NCBI GenBank assembly: GCA_030390025.1
Contig: CM059432.1
Span: forward strand, 150,600,001 to 150,664,000
Source of the DNA: Squalus acanthias
Taxonomy: Eukaryota
DNA: 64,000 nt
Direction of reading: 5' to 3'
Part shown: piece after piece, positions 35,467 to 48,502 of the stretch
Numbering within the stretch: position 1 is the first letter of the stretch
Layout: each line of letters begins with the position of its first letter
Notes under the pieces: generated by a model
What the model was told of the DNA's origin: nothing
The model's database searches: none
What the model saw: only the letters and a program-made list of their open reading frames with translations
Position numbers and translations under genes: made by a program

Positions 35467-36243
35467 GGGGAAAACTTCAGTTGGTTAGCGCCTCCAGTTA
35501 GCGCCAGGAACTTGGTGCCCGAGCGCAGGCGATTTTAGCGCCGCTCGCGATATTGACCAGTCATTTTGCGGCGGCGCTAAACACTACCGCCATGATTTCC
35601 TGCGCCCGCAGATCGGGATGTCAGTCAAGCGTGCAACGCCCCGATAGCATCCTGGACCGGATATTGAGTTGCGCCCCCTGCCTTAGCGCCTGCCGCTAGG
35701 AACGACAGGTAGAGGGGAACATTTTCAAGTCGGGAAGGGGCTGGGGGAGCGCTATTTAAAGGTGGGCGTTTCCTGCCTTTTCTTGTCGGCAAAATTTTTG
35801 GTTTTAACGCTGTCCTAAGGAGTTTTGGCCCTCAGCACCACTTTTGAGGTTCCTAAGTGCCGAGCTCTTTCCCTGGGCCTATCCATTAGTGCTTCCAACA
35901 CAATTGCTTTAGAGGTCTCTCCAGGCTGAGATTCAAGGCTGCAATGAGCAGGGTGTGGCTGGCCAGCAAGGTGGCCCCTCCCCTTTAAGAACTGGACAGT
36001 GCCAATGTATCTGGCTTCCATGGTAATTGGCATCGCCTGAGCTTCGGTAGCGTTCTGAGGTAGCGCATCGCTCCTTGACGTTTGTGCCTTGAGAGGTGTG
36101 TAGCGCCTGATTTAGCGCTCAAATAACCTCCAGGGGCGATAGAGGCGAATTTTGCAGTTGGAGGCGATAATTAGTGCTGAGCGCTAAACTTTGCGCCTGG
36201 CCAATATTAGCGCCCCAAAATGGGCGATACCGAATTTTTCCCC
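35467..36243. mobile_element. Harbinger-type MITE rich in TAGCGC/GCGCTA motifs
   Basis: TIRs GGGGAAAACTTC / GAATTTTTCCCC; many tagcgcc copies in both subterminal regions. Confidence 0.65.
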
Positions 36244-36304
36244 CAAAGATTTTTTTTAATACTTTTTGAAACAAAATTGGCTGCTGGACTAAAAATTTGA
36301 AGGA

Positions 36305-36560
36305 ATAACATTAGGAAGATAGGAGCAGGAGTAGGCCATTTAGCCCCTCGAGCTTGTTCTGCCATTCAATGAGATCAGGGCTGAACTGTGACCTAACTCC
36401 ATATACCCACCTTTACCCCATATCCCTTAATATCTTTGGTTAACAAAAATCTATCATCCTCAGATTTAAAATTAACAATTGATCTAGCATCAATTGCCAT
36501 TTGCAGAAGAGTTTTCCAAACTTCTACCACCTTTTGTGTGTAGAAGTGTTTCGTAATTTC
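36305..36560 (-). mobile_element. CR1 3' tail fragment
   Basis: ataggagcaggagtaggccatt...ccattcaatgagatc is the reverse complement of a CR1 3'UTR. Confidence 0.8.
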
Positions 36561-36889
36561 ATTGAACAATTAGATTCGGTATTAAATCATAAATATACAA
36601 TACACACTGTTCCTGGCCTTCAAGCAATCCTCTCATCTCTGATTGGTGCTGTAGGGTAGGACTTCTTAATGGAGCATATATTGAATGAGTTGGCACAAGC
36701 AGCAGCAGAATTGCCAAATATTCCAAATGTGGGTTGGCAACCTCCCACAGACAAGTCTTTGAATCAAGCACCTTTGCATTCTATTGGATTGAAGTATTCT
36801 TCAAGAAGAGAAAAATCTTTCTGCTTAATAATTTATGATCCACCATGTGCTGATACCTAAATTTCTACATGTCATATACCTTTCAATGA

Positions 36890-37180
36890 AATTTCATTTA
36901 TTTAGTACCTTTCACAATCTCAGGACATCCTAAAGTGCTTTACAGCCAACTAAGTACTTTTGAAGCATAGCAAGGTCTCACAAACAGCAATGAGATAATG
37001 ACCAGATAATCTGCATTAGTGATTTTGGTCACGGGATAAATGGTAGCCAGGACATGAGCAGAACTCCCCTGTTCTTCTTTGAATGGGATCTTTAGAACAT
37101 CCAATTGAGAGGACATTGGTTTAATGTTTCATCTGAAAGATGGCACCACAGACAGTGAAGCACTCCCTCAGTACTGCACC
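36890..37180 (-). mobile_element. DeuSINE (SacSINE1-like) fragment
   Basis: gcactccctcagtactgcac, ttcatctgaaagatggcacc and ataatgaccagataatc motifs. Confidence 0.65.
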
Positions 37181-38004
37181 ACCTTAAGTCCAGGAACACC
37201 TTCTGGTTAGCTGCTGAATTTCTCATAACCTCAGAACTCCCACCTAAACGCAAGTGGTGGAGGAGGCAGGAAACCAGCGGGGTCCAGAATCAAGCACCCG
37301 GCTTCATCATGCCATGTAATATAGGTCACTGCAAACCACATCGGAACTGCAACCGCTGCTACAGAAATGGAAGATGAAGGCTGATGTGCGATTGTGAAGA
37401 GGCTATCCAAACCATGGAGCATCTTGCAATGCTGGGTAAATTGAAATTTTCAAGACTGAGATTTTTGTTAGGTAAGGGTATCAAGAGATATGAGCAAAGG
37501 TGAGTAAATGGAGTTGAGGTACAGATCAGTCATGATTTAATCAAATTGCAGAACAGGCTCAAGGGGCTGAATGGCCTGCTCCTGTTCCTATGTAAGTTTT
37601 GTTATGTTATTAAACTGCTTTTTGCTCATCTGCTACAATGATTTATAAAAACAGATTGATATGCAGGTCCGCACAGAGCGGGATTAAAACAGAGTGTACT
37701 TAAGCAAAGTGTATTATTTGGGAATTTGGAAAGAGTGCAAATTTGAAGAGAGGGAAGGAGTTGCTCCTTTCTGCCTACACTACTTGTGTAGTGCTTTGTG
37801 TTACAGGTAGATATTTAATTTCAGTACTCATAACTTAATCTAGATCAAGTAAGTAGTCAAGAAACTACACTGTAAACTAAGTAACCTAATTACAAATTTA
37901 ATTAAATTTAATTAAATAAAACATGGTCATACAGGGATGGCAGTGCAGGTGGTGTGCCGCAACTGCAGCATGTGGGAGTTTGTGGAGAGCATTGTGATCC
38001 CGGA

Positions 38005-39368
38005 TGTAAGATTCTCAAAATTCACAGATCCCCCAAAACTCGAAGACAAACCCTAAGGAAAAAGACTTTGGACTCTTTTTCTAACTATTACAGGTGGTGA
38101 AATGCATAACCGAAGGGCATTTTAGAGCAAAAACCAAGATTTGGTATTTTTAAAACATGTCTGGGCTTGTAAAGGAGAAAAGGCTGTGAAGGAAGGTGGG
38201 AACGACCTCTGTAAAGACAGTTTGGATATTGGAGTTAATGGGGACTGTCTGGGGAACCGCATGACCTCGCTGGGAATTAAATCGGCCCCTACCAGACATT
38301 AACATCCTAACAAAAGAAGAGGAAAAACAGTCTCCACCCAAATTTACAGAGCCCATTAAAGACATGCATAAAACAGATTACTTCGGCCTACTCTATAGAA
38401 ATCCTAGGAGCAGTCAAGAAAACCAAAACATGAGGACAATTCAACTACAATTAAACAACAGATCGACAGGATGGAGCTATCCCGAAACCACTTCACACAT
38501 TTACAAAACAGTTACTGTTAGCGAGCCCTCCAAAATCTTACAATGACCGGGATTTGATTTGGCATGCAGATAAGGAAGCTTCAATGGGTATAATTAAAGG
38601 CCCGTTCTCAACAGTTCAAGTTCGAGTTCTCCAGTACAGGTACACAGTTCAGCAGTTACAACAAGTTCCCTACAAGTTCAAGGGTGGAGCAGTTACACAG
38701 TTACAGCAAGCAGCAGGGAGTTCAGCAAGCAGTCTGGCAGAAGGCAGTTCCACAGTTCTGCAAGAAGGCAGTTCCACAGCTCTGAAGAAGACAGTTCAAC
38801 AAGGCGAGGGGGCAACAGAAAGAAGTTCAACAAAGAAGGCCAGCAGCTCCAGAAGCAGGCCGACACACAAGAAGAGACCAGAGCGACCACCTCAGTGACC
38901 ATCGGACACCTCGCGGCAACAAGGGCCTTAAGAAACCTTTTACTTAAAAGGACTCTAAACCCTACCTCTAACCAAAGAAAAGTGGGTACTCACCCGATAA
39001 ATCAAATCCAGCGAACCCAGAAACCGCGAACCAGCTCAACTGTCAAGGATTCGTTTGGTGAGCATTATCCCTGGTTCTCCAGAGTCCAACTTAGCTAGTG
39101 AAGCGGGATTGGGAGGGGTGAGGTATTCTTCTAATATGATTTCCCTCGTATGTACCGAAGTGTTCCCCATTTTATTAGAGTGTTAAGATTGTTGTGTTAT
39201 ATTTACTCTCTTGAATAAAGATCAAAGTTCTTGCATCAAAACCAGTTGTCTGCTGCACTTTTTGTCACAACCCCCAAATAAGTCCAAGGTCTAGAACCAA
39301 GGGAGTGGGAGCGATTCGAACCGCTCAGAAGTCAGAGGTGAAGCTGACACAAACCACCACCCCCTACA
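38005..39368 (+). mobile_element. 1.36-kb solo LTR
   Basis: TGTAAG...CCTACA ends; 4-bp flanks CGGA / CCGA; AATAAA near 39214; removing it restores the CR1 ORF1 reading (IVIPD-NHVCSKC). Confidence 0.85.
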
Positions 39369-40921
39369 CCGACAACCATGTTTGCAGTAAGTGCCTGCAT
39401 CTTGAGGAACTTCAGCTCAGAGTTGTTGAGCTGGAGTCTGAGGTACAGATATTGCGGTGCATCAGGGATGGGGAGAGTTACCTGGACACTTTGATCCAGG
39501 AGGCAGTCACACCCTTAGGTTAGGGAGTGGTACAGGTCTGGTTAGTGGTCAGGGACAGGAGGGCGTGACTGCGACTCAGACAAGTAAGGGGACCTCAGGT
39601 GCAGTGCTGGAGGAGCCTCAGCCTTTGCCCTTGTCCAACATATATGAGGTTCTTGCTGCCTGTGTGGATGAGGGAAAAGCGTGTAGGATGGATGAGCAAG
39701 CTGACCATGGCACCATGGTGCAGGAGGTCACTCAAGTGGGGGGAGTGAAAGGGAAAGTAGTTGTGGTAGGGGACAGTATCGTCACGGGGATAGATACTGT
39801 TCTCTGCAGCCGCGATCGAGAGTTCCGAAGGTTGTCTTGTCTGCCCGGTGCCAGGGTTAAAGACATCTCCTCGCGGGTGGAGGAGAACTTGGAGTGGGAG
39901 GGGGAGGATCCAGTTGTCGTGGTCCACGTAGGAACCAACGACATAGGTAGAACTAGGAATGAGGTTCTGCGAAGGAATTTGAGGAGCTAGGATCCAAATT
40001 AAAAAGCAGAACCTCAAAAAGGTAATAATCTCTGGATTGTTACCTGAGCCATGCGCAAATTGGCATAGAGACAAACAGATTAGAGGTTTAAATGCAAGGT
40101 TCAAAGAGTGGTGTGGGAGGAAGGGGTTTCAGTTCATGGGGCACTAGCACCAGTACTGGGGAAAGAGGGAGCTGTTCCATTGGGACGGGCTCCACTTAAA
40201 CCGGGCTGGGACCAGTGCCCTGGTGAACCAAATAACTAGGGCAGTAGACAGGTTTTAAACTAATGAAGGGGGGAGGGGAGGTGGGAGGATTCAGGAAAGA
40301 GTAAATTTAAAAGCAGTGAGATAAATGTCAAGGCTCTATAGCAGATTAGAGTTTTGAGTAAATATAAGCTGAGTGGGTCAGGAAGGGACAGAGAGTAACA
40401 AAGGTAATCAGGCATAAGTGACTAAGGTGACATCAGGGAAAAATAGAAATAAGTCAAAGCTAAAGGCACTATATCTGAATGCGTGAAGCATTCGCAAAAA
40501 AATAGATGAATTAATAGCGCAGATAGAAATTAATAGGTTTGATCTAATAGCCATTACGGAGACGTGGTTGCAATGTGGCCAAGGTTGGGAACTAAATATT
40601 CCAGGATACATAACTTTTAGAAGAGATACGCAAAATGGAAAAGGAGGAGGGGTAGCCCTGATAATAAAGGATGGGATAAAGACAGTAGAGAGAAAGGATC
40701 TTAGCTCTGATAATCAAGAAGTAGAATCAGTATGGGTGGAGCTAAGAAACAGCAAGGGGCAGAAAACATTGGTGGGCGTTGTTAAAAGGCCCCCAAACAG
40801 TAGTTGTAATGTAGGGCAGAGTATAAATCAGGAAATTAGAGGCACATGCAACAAGGGTAATACAGTAAAAATGGGAGACTTTAATCTACATATAGACTGG
40901 GCAAACCAAATTTGCAGTAAT

Positions 40922-41037
40922 ACAATTACAACAGTGACTCCACTTCAAAAGTACTTCATTGACTGTAAAGTGCTTTGAGACATCCGGTGATCGTGAAAGG
41001 CGCTATATAAATGCAATACTTTCTTTTATTTCTTTAA
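40922..41037 (+). mobile_element. 5'-truncated DeuSINE/L2 tail inserted in CR1 ORF2
   Basis: acaacagtgactccacttcaaaagtac...ggcgctatataaatgcaa; absent from the sister copy at about 51775. Confidence 0.85.
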
Positions 41038-43394
41038 GTGTGGAGGACGAATTCATGGAATGTATGCAAGATAGTTTTCTAGATCAGTATGTTGAGGAAC
41101 CAACTAGGAAACAGGCTATTTTAGATCTAGTATTTTGCAACGAGAAAGGGTTAATTAATAACCTTGTAGTAAATGGGCCTTTAGGGAAGAGTGACCATAA
41201 TATGATAGAATTTTATATTGAGATTGAAAGTGATTTAGTTAAATCCGAAACTAGGGTCTTAAATCTAAACAAAGCAAACTGCGTAGGTATGAGGGGCAAG
41301 TTGGCTAAGGTAGATTGGGAAACTACATTAAAAGTTATGATGGTAGAGAAGCAATGGCTAGCATTTAAAGAATTAATACATAATTTACAACAAATATACA
41401 TTCCTTTAAGGCACAAAAACCCCACAGAAAAAGTGGTCAAACAGCAGCTAACAAGAGAAGTTAAAGAAAGTATTAGATCAAAGGAAGAGACTTATAATGT
41501 TGCCAAAAAGAGTAGTAAGCCTGAGGATTTTAGAATTCAGCAAAGGAGGACCAAGAAATTGATAAAGAAAGGGAAAATGGAATGAGAGAGTAAACTAGTG
41601 AAAGACATAAAAAGAGACTGTAAAAGCTTCTATAGGTATGTAAAAAGGAAAAGATTAGCAAAAGTAAATGTGGGTGCCTTACAAGCTGAGACAGGAGAAA
41701 TTATAATGGGGAATAAGGAAATGGCCGAGAAATTAAACAAATACAGTTTGTGTCTGTCTTCATGGAAGAAGACGCAAAAACCTTCCTGGAAATAGTGGAG
41801 AACCAAGGGTCTAGTGAGAATGAGGAACTGAAAGAAATTAGTATCAGTAAAAAAATACTACTGGAGAAATTAATGGGGCACAGAGCCGATAAATCCCCTG
41901 GACCTGATGGCCTACATCCTAGGGTTTTGAAAGAGGTGGCTATAGAGATAGTGGATGCATTGGTTGTCATTTTCCAAAATTCCATAGATTCTAGAATGGT
42001 TCCCACGGATTGGAAGGTAGCAAATGTAACCCCACTATTTCAGAAAGGATGGAGAGAGAAAACGGGGAACTACAGACCAGTTAGTCTGAAATCATTAGTA
42101 GGGAAAATGCTAGAATCTATTATTAAGGACATGGTAACAGGGCACTTAGTAAATAATAATAGGATTGGCCAGTGTCAACACGGATTTATGAAAGGGAAAT
42201 CGTGTTTGACGCATCTGTTAGAGTTTTTGAGGTTGTAACGAGCAGATTAGATAAGGGGGAAGTAGTGGATGTGGTGTATTTGGATTTGCAGAAGGCATTC
42301 GATAAGGTGCCACACAAGAGGTTGTTAAACAAAATTAGGGCTCATGGGATTGGGGGTAATATACTAGCATGGATTGAGGATTGGTTAACGGATAGAAAAC
42401 AGAGAGTAGGAATAAACAGATTATTTTCAGGTTGGCAGGCTGTAACTAGTGGAGTACCACAAGGATCAGTGCTTGAGCCTCAGCTATTCACAATTTAAAT
42501 CAATGATTTGGTTGAGGGGACCAAATGTAATATATCTAAGTTTGCTGATGATACAAAGCTGGGTTGGAATGTAAGTTGTGAGGAGGATGCAAAGAGGCTT
42601 GAAGGGGATATAGACAAGCTAAGTGAGTGGGCAAGAACATGGCAAATGGAATATAATGTGGAGATATGTGGTTATCCACTTTGGTAGGAAAAATAGAATT
42701 GCAGAGTATTTTTTAAAATGGTGAGAGATTGGGAAATGTTGGTGTTCAGAGGGACCTGGGTGTCCTTGTACACGAATCACTGAAAGTTAACATGCAGGTA
42801 CAGCAAGCAATTAGGAAAGCAAATGGTATGTTGGCCTTTATTACAAGAGGATTTGAGTACAAGAGTAAAGACATCTTACTGCAATTATATAGGGCCTTGG
42901 TGAGACCACACCTGGAGTATTGTGTACAGTTTTTGTCTCCTTACCTAAGGAAGGATATACTTGCCATAGAGGGAGTGCAACGAAGGTTCACCAGACTGAC
43001 TCCTGGAATGGGGGGGATTGTCCTATGAGGAGTGATTGAGTAGACTAGGCCTATATTCTCTAACGTTTCGAAGAATGAGGGTGATCTCATTGAAACATAC
43101 AAAATTCTTACAGGGCTTGACAGGGTAGATGCAGGGAGGATGTTTCCCCCAGTTGGAGAGTCTAGAACCAGGGGTCACAGTCTCAGAATAAGGGATCAGC
43201 CATTTAGGACTGAGATGAGGAGGAATTTCTTCACTCAGAGGGTGGTGAATCTTTGGAATTCTCTACCACAGAGGGCTGTGGAGGCTCAGTCGTTGAGTAT
43301 ATTCAAGACAGAAATCGATAGATTTTTGGATATTAAGGGAATCAAGGGATATGGGGATAGTGCAGGAAAGTGGAGTTGAGGTAGATCAGCCATT

Positions 43395-46300
43395 ACCAGA
43401 GGAGGCAGACCTGTGTAGGAGCAGCAGCGGGACCCGAGAGAAGGCGGAGCGGCAGAGGAGTGCTGCGAGTTGGGAAAGAGTCTGAGAGCGGGAGCAGTCA
43501 AACAACAACATCTGCGAAACCGCTAAAGTGACGTCACAACCAGGGAAGGAGCTGATTGGTAAGTAGGACCTGGTGAGTATTTCTACAGTCCAGTCATTGA
43601 AGTAAAAGTAAGGTCGCTAGTTTAGAGTAAGTGGTGTTTAAAGTGAAGTAAAGTCCCTAGTGTATTTAATATTCTTTAATTTAAAGGAAGTAAAGGGAGT
43701 AAGTTAAGGTTAGGACATGGCAGGGCAGCTCAGCTGCATGGAGTGCTCCTCCTGTGCTATGTGGGAAGTCAGGGACACTTTAGGTGTCCAGGGCGAACAC
43801 ATGTGCAGGAAGTGTCTCCAGCTGCAGCTACTCGAAATCCGTGATTCGGAGCTGGAGTTGCGGCTGGAGTCACTGTGGAGCATCCGCGAAGCTGAGATCT
43901 TCGTGGATAGCACGTTTTTAACGAGGTAGTCACACCACAGGTAAAGAGTGCACAGGCAGACAGGGAATGGGTGACCACCAGACAGAGTAAAAGAACTAGG
44001 AAGGTAGTGCAGGAGTCCCCTGGGTCCATCTCCCTCTCCAACAGATTTTCCGTTTTGGATACTGCTGGGGAAGATGGTTTCTCAGGGGAATGCAGCAAGA
44101 GCCAAGTCCGTGGCACTACGAGTGGCTCAGCTGCACAGGAGGGGAGGAAAAAGAGTGGGAGAGCAATAGTGATAGGGGATTATATCGTAAGGAGAACAGA
44201 TAAACGTTTCTGTGGCCGCAGACGTGACTCCAGGATGGTATGTTGCCTCCCTGGTGCCAGGGTCAAGGATGTCACTGAACGACTGCAGGGCATTCTGAAG
44301 GGGGAGGGCGAACAGTCAGAGGTCATGGTTCACATTGGTACCAATGACATAGGTAGAAAGAGGGATGAGGTCCTGCAACAAGAATTTAGGGAGCTAGGTA
44401 GCAGATTTAAAAGCAGGACCTCAAAGGTTGTAATCTCTGATTACTCCCGGTGCCATGTGCTAGTACTGTTGGGGGGGCGGGGGGGGGTTTAAACTAACTT
44501 GGCAGGGGGATGGGATATGGAGTGGAGCTATAGTAGGGGGTGATGCACAGCCAAATATAGAGGAAAAAACAAGTCAGCCTGGAAGGCAGAGCAAATATGT
44601 AACGGCACAAGGGAGTATGGCAAGGCTGGATGGCATTTATTTTAATGCAAGGTGTCTTGCGAGTAAGGCAGATGAATTGAAGGTGTTGATGAACACATGG
44701 GAGTATGATATTGTTGCTATCACAGAGACATGGTTGAGGGAGGGGCAGGACTGGCAGCTCAATATTCCGGGGTATAGAATCTTCAGGCAAGACAGAGGGG
44801 GGTGTAAAAGAGGAGGGGGTGTCGCAATATTAATCAAGGAGTCAATTACTGCTGAAAGGAGGGATGATATCTTAGCAGGTTCCTCTAATGAGGCCATATG
44901 GGTAGAACTTAAAATCAAAAAGGGGGCAAGCACTTTGCTGGGAGTGTACTATAGGCCCCCAGTCAGTCAGGGGGAGATAGAAGAACAGATATGTAGGCAA
45001 ATCTCAGAAGTGTAGAAATAATAGGGTAATAATAGTAGGGGATTTCAACTTCCCCAATATTAACTGGGATACTCAGAGTGTGAAAGGCTTAGAGGGTGTG
45101 GAATTCTTAAAGTGCATCCAGGAGAGCTTTTTGAGCCAGCATGTAGAAAGTCCTACAAGAGGGGGTGGTACTGGACCTAATTCTAGGGAATGTAGCCAGG
45201 CAAGTGGTAGATGTGTCAGTAGGAGAGCATTTTGGTGACAGTGACCATAATTCGGTGAGATTTAAGGTAGTCATGGAAAAGGAAAAAGATGGACCGGAAA
45301 TAAAGGTTCTAAATTGGGGGAAGGCCGATTTTAATATGATAAGGCAGGATCTGGCCAAAGTGGACTGGGATCAGCTACTTGTAGAAAAATCCACATCAAA
45401 GCAGTGGGAGTCTTTCAGAAAGGAAAGAGAGAGAGTACACCGCCAACATGTTCCCGTAAAGGTCAAGGGTGGGACCAACAAGCCCAGGGAACCCTGGATG
45501 TCAAGGGATATACAAGAATGGATTAGGCAAAAAAGGGAGGCTTTTGGCAGATAAAAAGGACTAAAAGCAGTGGAAGCCCTAGAGGAGTATAGAAAGTGCA
45601 GGGGGGGTACTTAAAGAAATTAGGAGAGCGAAGAGGGGGCATGAAAAAACACTGGCGGGCAAAATAAAGGAAAATCCCAAGGTGTTTTATAAGCATATTA
45701 AGGGCAAGAGGATAACCAGGGAAAGTGTAGGGCCCATTAGGGACCAAAGTGGCAATCTGTGTGTAGAGCTGGAAGATGTGGGTGAGGTTTTAAATGAATA
45801 TTTTGCATCTGTGTTCACTATGGAGGAGGACGATGTAGGCATAGAAATCAGGCAGGGGGATTGTGATATACTTGAACAAATTAGTATTAAGAGGGAGGAG
45901 GTACTAGCAGTTTTAGCGGGCTTAAACGTGGATAAATCCCCAGGCCCTGACGAGATGTATCCCAGGCTGCTGTGTGAGGCAAGGGAGGAGATTGCAGGGG
46001 CTCTGATATAAATTTTCAGAACCTCTCTGACCACAGGGGAGGTGCCAGAGGACTGGAGGACAGCTAACGTAGTACCATTATTCAAGAAGGGTAGTAGGGA
46101 TAAACCAGGGAATTACAGGCCAGTGATCCTAACATCAGTGGTAGGGAAATTATTGGAAAAAATTCTGAGGGACAGAATTAGTCTCCACTTGGAGAGGCAA
46201 GGATTAATCAAGGATAGTCAGCATGGCTTTGTCAGGGGGAGATCATGTCTGACCAATTTGATTGAATTTTGAGGGGGTGACTAGGTGTGTGGATGAGGGT

Positions 46301-46998
46301 AGTGCAGTTGATGTGGTCTACATGGACTTCAGTAAGGCTTTTGACAAAGTCCCTCATAGGAGACTGGTCAAGAAGGTAAGAGCCCATGGGATCCAGGGCA
46401 ACTTGGCACATTGGATCCAAAATTGGTTTAGTGGCAGGAGGCAGAGGGTGATGGTCGAAGGTTGTTTTTGTGACTGGAAGCCTGTGTCCAGTGGTGTACC
46501 GCAGGGATCGGTGCTGGGTCCTTTGCTGTTTGTAGTGTACATTAATGATTTAGATATGAATGTAGGAGGTATGATCAGTAAGTTCGCAGATGACACAAAA
46601 ATTGGTGGAGTGGTAAATAGCGAGGAGGGAAGCCTCAGGCTACAGGATGATATAGATGGGTTGGTCAGATGGGCAGAACAGTGGCAAATGGAATTTAACC
46701 CTGAAAAGTGTGAGGTGATGCATTTTGGGAGGACTAACAAGGCAAGGGAATACACAATGAATGGTAGGATCCTAGGGAGGACAGAGGATCAGAGGGACCT
46801 TGGTGTGCATGTACATAGATCCCTGAAGGCAGCAGGTGGTTAAAAAGGCATATGGGATACCTGCCTTCATTAGCCGAGGCATAGAATATAAGAGCAGGGA
46901 GGTTATGATGGAGCTGTACAAAACGCTAGTTAGGCCACAGCTGCGGACACGATGGGCCGAAGGGCCTCTTTCTGTGCTGTATAAATCTATGACTCTAT
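43395..46998 (+). mobile_element. Second CR1 (5'UTR, ORF1, ORF2 with 3' deletions) nested in the 3'UTR of the first
   Basis: ORF1 MAGQLSCMECSSCAMWE...CRKC, IGTND; ORF2 YFNAR, AITETWL, KSPGPD, FADD; tail ctatgactctatg. Confidence 0.9.
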
Positions 46999-47655
46999 GA
47001 TCTTACTGAATGGCAGTGCAGGCTCGAGGGGCCAAATGGCCTACTCCTGCTCCTATTTCTTATGTTCTTACTGCTTTTATGTAGTGCATAATGCCTCTCT
47101 AAACTAATGCATTTACTCTGTTCACTTCTGACAGATGCAAGGAATTAATTTCATCTAGCAAAGGATGTACATTGATGATAAGCACTAAAATATACACTGG
47201 CACAGTACCATGAAAGGCCTTAACTGTAACTGGATAACAAATTACTGCCGTTGCGTGCAGACCTTCTCATACAAATGATACCTATTGAATTTATGCAGAA
47301 GGAGGACTGAAAGCTGGTTCATTCGTATTCAAGTCATCGGATTGGCATTTGCTTCTGCCTTTAATGGAAAGGATATAAATATTTGACTGAAGTCAAAAAG
47401 TAACAAGGCAAAAATTTGCAATGAACTGTGTAATATTGGTAAATGGATTGAATAATTTGGTGAGTTCTGCAGAAGGCTTTTTAAAAAATAGATTCTTAAT
47501 GTTTAAGAATGTGACTCGTGCTATGCGAAAAGTAATGTGAATGAAAAAATATAAAATAGAAAAATGCTTAAAAACACATTTATATACTTACATTATATAT
47601 TTAAGTTTAAACATGTGTCAAACTCTTCATTTTTTTTAAAGATTCTGTACCTTAC

Positions 47656-47767
47656 GTAAAATTTCACTTTTATATTGATGGGTGATTTGATGACATTTGA
47701 TTGTTCTCTATAATTGTATGATTTGTAAAGCTCAATTATGTTGCTTTGTCCGCCATGTGTCTGTTGG
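47656..47767 (-). CDS. Putative host-gene exon B (QQTHGGQSNIIELYKSYNYREQSNVIKSPINIKVKFY), phase 2 to 0
   Basis: Minus strand reads ttacttacgtttgaactgcag|CCAACAG...TTTTAC|gtaagg; 112 nt; an alternative in-frame acceptor (attatag) lies near 47714. Confidence 0.5.
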
Positions 47768-48502
47768 CTGCAGTTCAAACGTAAGTAAAACACTGCACTT
47801 AAATTGCTTCAATAGTAAATGAACATACTGACAGGGAAAGACCCCCCCGGTCCATCCAGCCTGTTCCACACAATATCCACTCTCCACTATGTTGTAGTAT
47901 ATGCTATATGTTTAAAGTTTAATTAAAATGTGAGTATTCATGAATACACTTCATTAAATATATATTTAATTTTATCTTCTGGACCCTTGCCAGCTAACGT
48001 CCAATGAACATGTAGTAAACAATGAATGACAACTGCACTTATTAGCTGAGAGATGCTTTTGTGTTTTGGGATTCAACTCTGCACTGGCCAGCATGCTATA
48101 ACACAGTGGTAGAATGCGTGATTTCTTGATGATATATGAAGTCTCTGGTTTTTGGAAGAGCTGTCAGAGAGAAAGGCACCAGTTGGAGGATGTATTCCTT
48201 TCCGTTTGGTAGGAGGAGGAGTTGTCAACCAGGCTGGTCTTGTGTGCTAGTGAGTGGACTTCAACATGTGTCATTGATTAGACCTGAAAAATCACAGATC
48301 CAATTTGACAGTGTCCAGGTTTATCGCAAGAGACCATCTTTCCAATAAGAAAGCCATATCCAATTGAATGCTTATGGAACTCTGGAGAGTCCCAATACGA
48401 CATCAAGTCAACTGATATTTTGGACCATAATACTGAGAGCAAGTCATCAGTGCACTAGAGGCATAAATACATCTCTAAACTGCTTTGCTTCCTCAACTCT
48501 TT

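Larger units (their letters stand above)
37640..43394 (+). mobile_element. Near-full-length (possibly composite) CR1 LINE: ORF1 zinc finger plus esterase, ORF2 APE plus RT; its 3'UTR resumes at 46999-47070
   Basis: MAVQVVCRNCSMWE...HVCSKC split by a solo LTR; GDSIV/VGTND; AITETWL, MGDFN, SDH, KSPGPDG, FADD; gatcagccat|gatctta junction spans the nested CR1. Confidence 0.88.
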
